The notes under the pieces: generated by a model
Database searches by the model: none
What the model was told of the DNA's origin: nothing
The model's input: only the letters and a program-made list of their open reading frames with translations
DNA from: an uncultured Opitutaceae bacterium
GTDB taxonomy: Bacteria; Verrucomicrobiota; Verrucomicrobiia; Opitutales; Opitutaceae
Direction: 5' to 3'
NCBI GenBank assembly: GCA_964527955.1
Contig: CAZGOX010000002.1
Location: 1 to 39,272, forward strand
DNA: 39,272 nucleotides
Shown: in pieces, positions 35,763 through 39,272 of the stretch
Position numbering within the stretch: position 1 is the first letter of the stretch
Layout: every line of letters begins with the position of its first letter
Program-made: the position numbers and the translations under genes

Positions 35763-38700
35763 ATGAAATCCGCCGTTTTCCTTCGCTGGTGTCGCTGGGC
35801 CCTCCTGCTGGGCGCCGGCCTGCCCGCGCTGGCGGTGGTCAGCAGGGCCGATACCACGCTCAGCTCGACCGTCTTTTCCTGCCGAAACCAGAACCAGTCT
35901 TATACGGTCCCAGCCGGTGCCGACTACATCATCGTCAAAGCCTGGGGTGGCGGCGGTGCCTGCGGGACCAACACCTCCGGCGGCGACGGCAGCTTTTCCC
36001 AGGCCACCTGCGATGTGAGCCCCGGCCAGAGCTGCACGATCAAGGTCGGCAGCGGCGGCACGCGCCAGTCCAGCGGAGGCTGGCCGAACGGCTCGTCATC
36101 CCGTGGGAACGGCTGCGGCGGCGGCGGCGGGGCCACCGAAGTCGATACGCCCAACTGCACCCTCACCGCGTGCGGCGGTGGCGGCGGCGGATCGTCGCGT
36201 GCGGGCTACCCCGGCAACTCGGACGGGAACAATCACAACCAATGCGGCGGTAGCGACCACAACTGGGATGGCGGCAACGGCGGCGGTGACGGCGCCCCCA
36301 CGTTCAGCGGCAGCTGTCGCAGCACCCGGACTCAGTGTGGCGGCAACGGCACCCCGCCCTGCACCAATGATTCAGACTACCCCGGCAACAACGTGGGCTG
36401 CGCGGGAACTGCCTCCCGGCACAACGACGGCTGCCCCGGAGCCGTCGTCGTCATCGCCTGCAAGCGCGTGTCAGCCCAGACGATCACCTTTCCCAATCCC
36501 GGCACCCAGTGCACCAATACGAGCGTGGTCCTGAACGCCACGGCCTCGTCCGCGCTCCCGGTGAGCTATGTGGTCACCAGCGGCCCGGCCACCCTGACGG
36601 GATCCTCCGCGCGGCTGACCGCCACCGGTTCGGTGACCGTCACCGCCTCCCAGGCCGGCTCGAGCGCCTACACCGCCGCCACCCCCGTCAGTGTCACCTT
36701 CCCTGTCTATGCGAAGCCGGTCATCACCAGCCCGCTGACTTCCGGGGGAAAACTGAACGAGTCCGTCACCTACGCGATCACCGCCACCAACAGTCCGACC
36801 AGCTACGGCGCCACGGGACTGCCCCAGGGCCTGTCGGTTAGTCCCGGCACGGGCCTGATCTCGGGCACGCCCGCCGTAACGGGAACTTTCCCGGTGACCA
36901 TTTCCGCCTCCAACGTCGTGGGCACCGGATCTGCCACCCTGACGCTCACCGTCTCCCAGACGTACAGCCTCGCGATCACCGGGTCTCCCGCGGTCGGTGG
37001 TACGTTCGCTGGGGGCGGCACCTACGATCCGGGAACGGTCGTCTCCATCTCGGAAACGGCCAACTCGGGCTACCGCGCCGGCGGCTGGGGCGGAACGGAC
37101 GGCAGCAGGACGGCCGCGCCGTCCCATGCGTCCACCACCATCGTCATGAGCGGCAACCGCTCGCTCGTCGCCAATTTCGTCCCGCAGGCCACCTTGACCG
37201 TCACCGCGGGGACCGGGGGCGTCACCACCGGGGGCGGGACCTACGACGTCGGGGCGACCGTGCCGATCACGGCCACCGCGACGGGAAACTACGTCTTCAT
37301 GGGGTGGAGCGGATCCGGCGTGGCGAGCACGCATGCGGCGTCGACGACGGTCGTCCTGCCCGGAAACGAGATTGTGACGGCCAGCTTCATGCAGCCGCCA
37401 ACCTTCACCGGCGGAATCTCAAACCAGATCCTGGTGGTCGGCCGCCACTGCTCGCTCCCGGTCAATGCCACGGGGGCCACGAGCTTCAGCGGCGCCAGCC
37501 TGCCGCCGGGAATTTCGATCAATCCCACCACCGGGCTCATCAGCGGCAGTCCCACGACCCCCGGTCCCTGGTCCGCGACAATCACGGCGTCCAACGCCGG
37601 GGGCTCGGCGAGCGAACCCGTCGTCTTCACTGTCTACGCCACGCCGGTCATCACGAGCCCGACGCCGGTGAACGGCAAACTGAACGAGCCCTTCAGCACG
37701 ACGATCACGGCCTCCGGCAATCCGACCAGCTTTGGCGCCACCGGGCTGCCGCCCGGCCTGTCGATCGATCCGTCCTCCGGCGTCATTTCGGGCACTCCGA
37801 CCTCCGCGGGATCGTTTCCCGCCACGGTCACGGCAACCAACCCCGGGACCTCGGGTTCGGCCACGGTCACGGTGGTCGTGGGCCAGACCTATACCCTGAC
37901 GATCGCAGCCTCGCCGGCGGCTGGCGGCAGCTATTCGGGGGCGGGCACCTTCGATCCCGGCACCGTCGTCACCGTGTCGGAGACGGCCAATGCCGGATAC
38001 CGGGCGAGCGGCTGGGGCGGGGCGAACGGGAGCCAGACAGCCGCGCCGTCCAGCGCCACCACCACGATCGTGATGAACGGCAATCGGAGCCTTTCTGCCA
38101 ATTTCGTCGCCCAAGCCACGCTGACCGTCACCGCCCTGGCCGGGGGCTCCGCCATCGGCGGAGGCGTCTATGATATCGGGGCGACCGTGCCGATCGCGGC
38201 CACGCCGGCGAGCGGCTATAGCTTCACGACCTGGACCGGCACGGGCGTGGGCGTTCCAGGCTCCGCCGCAACTTCGGTGACGGTCGCGGGCAACGAGGTC
38301 GTGGTGGCGAACTTCACTCCCCTCCCCCCGCCTCCGGTCATCCCCAACTACAATTTGACGATCATCGGCTCGACCGGATCCGGCGGCACCTTCACCGGCG
38401 CCGGGACCTATCCGGCCGGGACGGTCGTGACGATCACCGAGGCTCCCGCCGCGGGGTACCGCACCAACGGCTGGGGCGGACCCGACGCCGGGAACACGGC
38501 CGCGCCCTCCAACGCCTCCACGACCATCGTGATGAACGCAGATGCGAGCCTCGTTGCCAACTTTGTCCAGCAGGGCACGCTGACGGTCTCCGCCGGGACG
38601 GGCGGCGCCGTCACCGCCGCCAACGGAACCTATGACGTCGGCACGGTCGTGCCGATCAGCGCGGCGCCCAATGCCACCTATGTCTTCGGCAGCTGGAGCG

Positions 38701-39197
38701 GCGGGGCGGCGGATCCCTCCCTGGCGTCCTCCACGGTCACGATCACCGGGAACCTGGCGCTCGTCGCGAACTTCACCCATGTGCCCCAGCCCCCGACGGC
38801 GACCCTCGATGCGGCCGCGTCGGCCTACACCGGATCGCCGTTCACGGTCACCAGCCTCGCGGGCGCCCCCGACGACAATCTCACGCTCCATAGCATCGAA
38901 TGGCTCTCGCCGGCCGGAGCCTGGACCGTCGACAGCGCCGCCGCCTCCGGCTCTTCGGACAATCGCTCGCTCGGGATCAATTTCGACACCGCCGGCGTCT
39001 GGACCCTGCGGGCCGGAGCCAGCGTCGACAACGGCGTCACCTGGGTCTACAGCCCGAGTGTCCAGGTCACGGTCGCGAACGGCATCAGCTCGTATACCCT
39101 TCAGTCCATGGCGGTGCCGAGCGGCAATTCCCTGGCCTGGTACGCGAGCTCGCCCGTTGTCCAGCGGACCTACCAGGTCAAGCATCTCAACCCGTAG
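35763..39197 (+). CDS. Secreted 1144-aa multidomain protein: Gly/Cys-rich domain + Ig-like + He_PIG ('putative Ig') domains + six InlB-B-repeat-like domains + unique C-terminal domain
   Basis: Signal peptide MKSAVFLRWCRWALLLGAGLPALAVVSRA|D. Glycine-rich domain YTVPAGADYIIVKAWGGGGACG...GGDGSFSQ...IKVGSGG...GCGGGGGATEV...ACGGGGGGS with 15 Cys in aa 30-250. He_PIG signature GATGLPQGLSVSPGTGLISGTPAVTGTFPVTISASN (three copies). B-repeat signature Y.L.I...GG.F.G.GTY..GTVV.I.E.A..GYR..GWGG......M..N.SL.ANF (six copies). Confidence 0.85.
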   Translation: MKSAVFLRWCRWALLLGAGLPALAVVSRADTTLSSTVFSCRNQNQSYTVPAGADYIIVKAWGGGGACGTNTSGGDGSFSQATCDVSPGQSCTIKVGSGGTRQSSGGWPNGSSSRGNGCGGGGGATEVDTPNCTLTACGGGGGGSSRAGYPGNSDGNNHNQCGGSDHNWDGGNGGGDGAPTFSGSCRSTRTQCGGNGTPPCTNDSDYPGNNVGCAGTASRHNDGCPGAVVVIACKRVSAQTITFPNPGTQCTNTSVVLNATASSALPVSYVVTSGPATLTGSSARLTATGSVTVTASQAGSSAYTAATPVSVTFPVYAKPVITSPLTSGGKLNESVTYAITATNSPTSYGATGLPQGLSVSPGTGLISGTPAVTGTFPVTISASNVVGTGSATLTLTVSQTYSLAITGSPAVGGTFAGGGTYDPGTVVSISETANSGYRAGGWGGTDGSRTAAPSHASTTIVMSGNRSLVANFVPQATLTVTAGTGGVTTGGGTYDVGATVPITATATGNYVFMGWSGSGVASTHAASTTVVLPGNEIVTASFMQPPTFTGGISNQILVVGRHCSLPVNATGATSFSGASLPPGISINPTTGLISGSPTTPGPWSATITASNAGGSASEPVVFTVYATPVITSPTPVNGKLNEPFSTTITASGNPTSFGATGLPPGLSIDPSSGVISGTPTSAGSFPATVTATNPGTSGSATVTVVVGQTYTLTIAASPAAGGSYSGAGTFDPGTVVTVSETANAGYRASGWGGANGSQTAAPSSATTTIVMNGNRSLSANFVAQATLTVTALAGGSAIGGGVYDIGATVPIAATPASGYSFTTWTGTGVGVPGSAATSVTVAGNEVVVANFTPLPPPPVIPNYNLTIIGSTGSGGTFTGAGTYPAGTVVTITEAPAAGYRTNGWGGPDAGNTAAPSNASTTIVMNADASLVANFVQQGTLTVSAGTGGAVTAANGTYDVGTVVPISAAPNATYVFGSWSGGAADPSLASSTVTITGNLALVANFTHVPQPPTATLDAAASAYTGSPFTVTSLAGAPDDNLTLHSIEWLSPAGAWTVDSAAASGSSDNRSLGINFDTAGVWTLRAGASVDNGVTWVYSPSVQVTVANGISSYTLQSMAVPSGNSLAWYASSPVVQRTYQVKHLNP
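36714..37394 (+). repeat. Intragenic module copy A (He_PIG + two B-repeats, aa 318-544)
   Basis: KPVITSPLTSGGKLNESVTYAITATNSPTSYGATGLP...SQTYSLAITGSPAVGGTF...ANFVPQATLTVTAGTGG... aligns residue-for-residue by eye with copy B, 309 aa downstream. Confidence 0.8.
37641..38321 (+). repeat. Intragenic module copy B (He_PIG + two B-repeats, aa 627-853); a third B-repeat pair follows at 38346-38777
   Basis: TPVITSPTPVNGKLNEPFSTTITASGNPTSFGATGLP...GQTYTLTIAASPAAGGSY...ANFVAQATLTVTALAGG.... Same order and spacing as copy A. Confidence 0.8.
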
Positions 39198-39272
39198 CTA
39201 GTGGGCCAATTTGCCGAAGAGGGCTCTCGCAGCGGCCTTTTGGCCTCATCGCCGTCTCTGGGCCAGCGTTTG

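Noticed and set aside
36471-39185. Minus ORFs 36471..37334 and 37419..39185 and several plus out-of-frame ORFs inside the giant gene
   Set aside because: Their Arg/Gly/Asp/Pro-rich products are artefacts. The frame starting at 35763 gives a signal peptide and repeated recognisable domain signatures.
39198-39272. Possible terminator after the giant gene (GGCC-tttt-GGCC)
   Set aside because: The stem is only 4 bp and the window ends 20 nt later, so the evidence is insufficient.

Overview
39.3 kb, gene-dense and visibly GC-rich (not computed). Long antisense 'shadow' ORFs cover almost every real gene. Protein features (long Y1/RAYT-type transposase, pilin leaders, Rho with a Gly-rich extension) suggest a PVC-superphylum, Verrucomicrobiota-like chromosome; this is inference only. 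Left half (1-15.2 kb) is mostly housekeeping: acs (edge-truncated, missing from the ORF track), a short Rho paralogue, a 587-aa unknown, hisF, an ApaH/PrpE-like metallophosphoesterase, a YhaM-like OB+HD nuclease, coaE followed by a second full-length Rho with a Gly/Gln/Arg-rich N-terminal extension, a glycosyltransferase, a small membrane ORF, a lower-GC IS200/RAYT-like Y1 transposase flanked by short tandem repeats, and comM/yifB. Middle (15.2-18.1 kb): a stand-alone receiver protein, then an operon pairing an atypical sigma-70-family protein with an orphan ParB-like protein. Right half (18.3-39.2 kb) is the main candidate system, one compact type IV filament locus. It has a secretin plus a translationally coupled OmpR-RR / REC-DHp pseudo-kinase / sensor-less kinase trio on the minus strand. 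Diverging from these is a ~16 kb plus-strand operon: prepilin peptidase, five prepilin-like genes, a PilT-like ATPase, a PilM-PilN (GspL-like) fusion, PilO- and PilP-like proteins, a PilB/GspE ATPase, a PilC/GspF platform and a 1144-aa secreted Gly/Cys-rich repeat protein. No tRNA, rRNA or CRISPR array was recognised. All family assignments come from reading motifs by eye; no searches were run.
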